DNA from: Narcine bancroftii
Taxonomy: Eukaryota
Direction of reading: 5' to 3'
NCBI RefSeq assembly: GCF_036971445.1
Contig: NC_091476.1
Span: forward strand, 27,528,001 to 27,592,000
DNA: 64,000 bases
The translations under genes were made by a program, and so were the position numbers. The notes below the pieces were generated by a model, which worked only from the letters and a program-made list of their open reading frames with translations, had not been told where the DNA came from and did not search any database. Positions within the stretch are counted from its first letter, which is position 1. Each line of letters begins with the position of its first letter. Shown piece by piece: positions 63,619-64,000 of the stretch.

Positions 63619-64000
63619 TTGGTATATACAAAAAAAAAACACATTGCATAGCTTTTTATGTAAGCTATTGGTTTTACACATACATCACACCAGGGCCAAA
63701 CTTCAGTTGTTTAACAGGCTTCCACATCAGACCCAGCCCCTCAATGTCTAGAGAGAGAGTGGAACCCTAGTCTGCAGGCCTTTCCCCGAAAGGTTTTGCA
63801 TTGGCTGCACCCAACTTTAGTCCATCTCTTAGCACATAATTTTGCAGCATGGAATGTGTAACTCAGCAGTATTTCCCCTTTATGACATCTTGTTGCACTG
63901 GAAGATCAAAAGGTCTTAGAGAGATCAGAAATCTGGACTACACGTTGAGCACTACAGGGGTAAACAGCGAGTGCAGCGTTGTGAGGAACATCCACAGCAA

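Noticed and set aside
63352-63770. His/Thr- or Cys/Val-repeat ORFs
   Set aside because: Translations of the (AC)n microsatellite.

Overview
Eukaryotic vertebrate genomic DNA, almost certainly a cartilaginous fish (shark or ray), judged from the repeat landscape: V-domain tRNA SINEs, CR1, Rex1/Babar, Penelope, RTE and L1 fragments. Three spliced genes can be built by hand. (1) The 5' three coding exons of CSTF2 lie on the minus strand and run off the left edge. (2) A complete 7-coding-exon TRMT12/TYW2 (465 aa, 8019-31751) lies on the plus strand, head-to-head with CSTF2. (3) A CpG-island promoter near 33.1-34.0 kb and a first coding exon (62926-63044) belong to a synaptotagmin-like gene, most likely SYTL4 by synteny. 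Nearly everything else is transposon-derived. The most notable observations are: two independent L1 insertions with twin-priming-type 5' inversions and target-site duplications; an intron-containing TRMT12 at the CSTF2-SYTL4 locus, whereas the human gene is intronless and elsewhere; a near full-length 5S rRNA copy fused to a complete V-SINE; a multi-copy ~750 bp non-coding retroposon with a YY1-like motif and a Rex1-like tail; palindromic Penelope derivatives carrying minimal hammerhead-ribozyme motifs; and three minisatellites that each arose inside a retroposon 3' end. All calls were made by eye. Repeat boundaries are approximate and family names rest on remembered motifs, not database searches.
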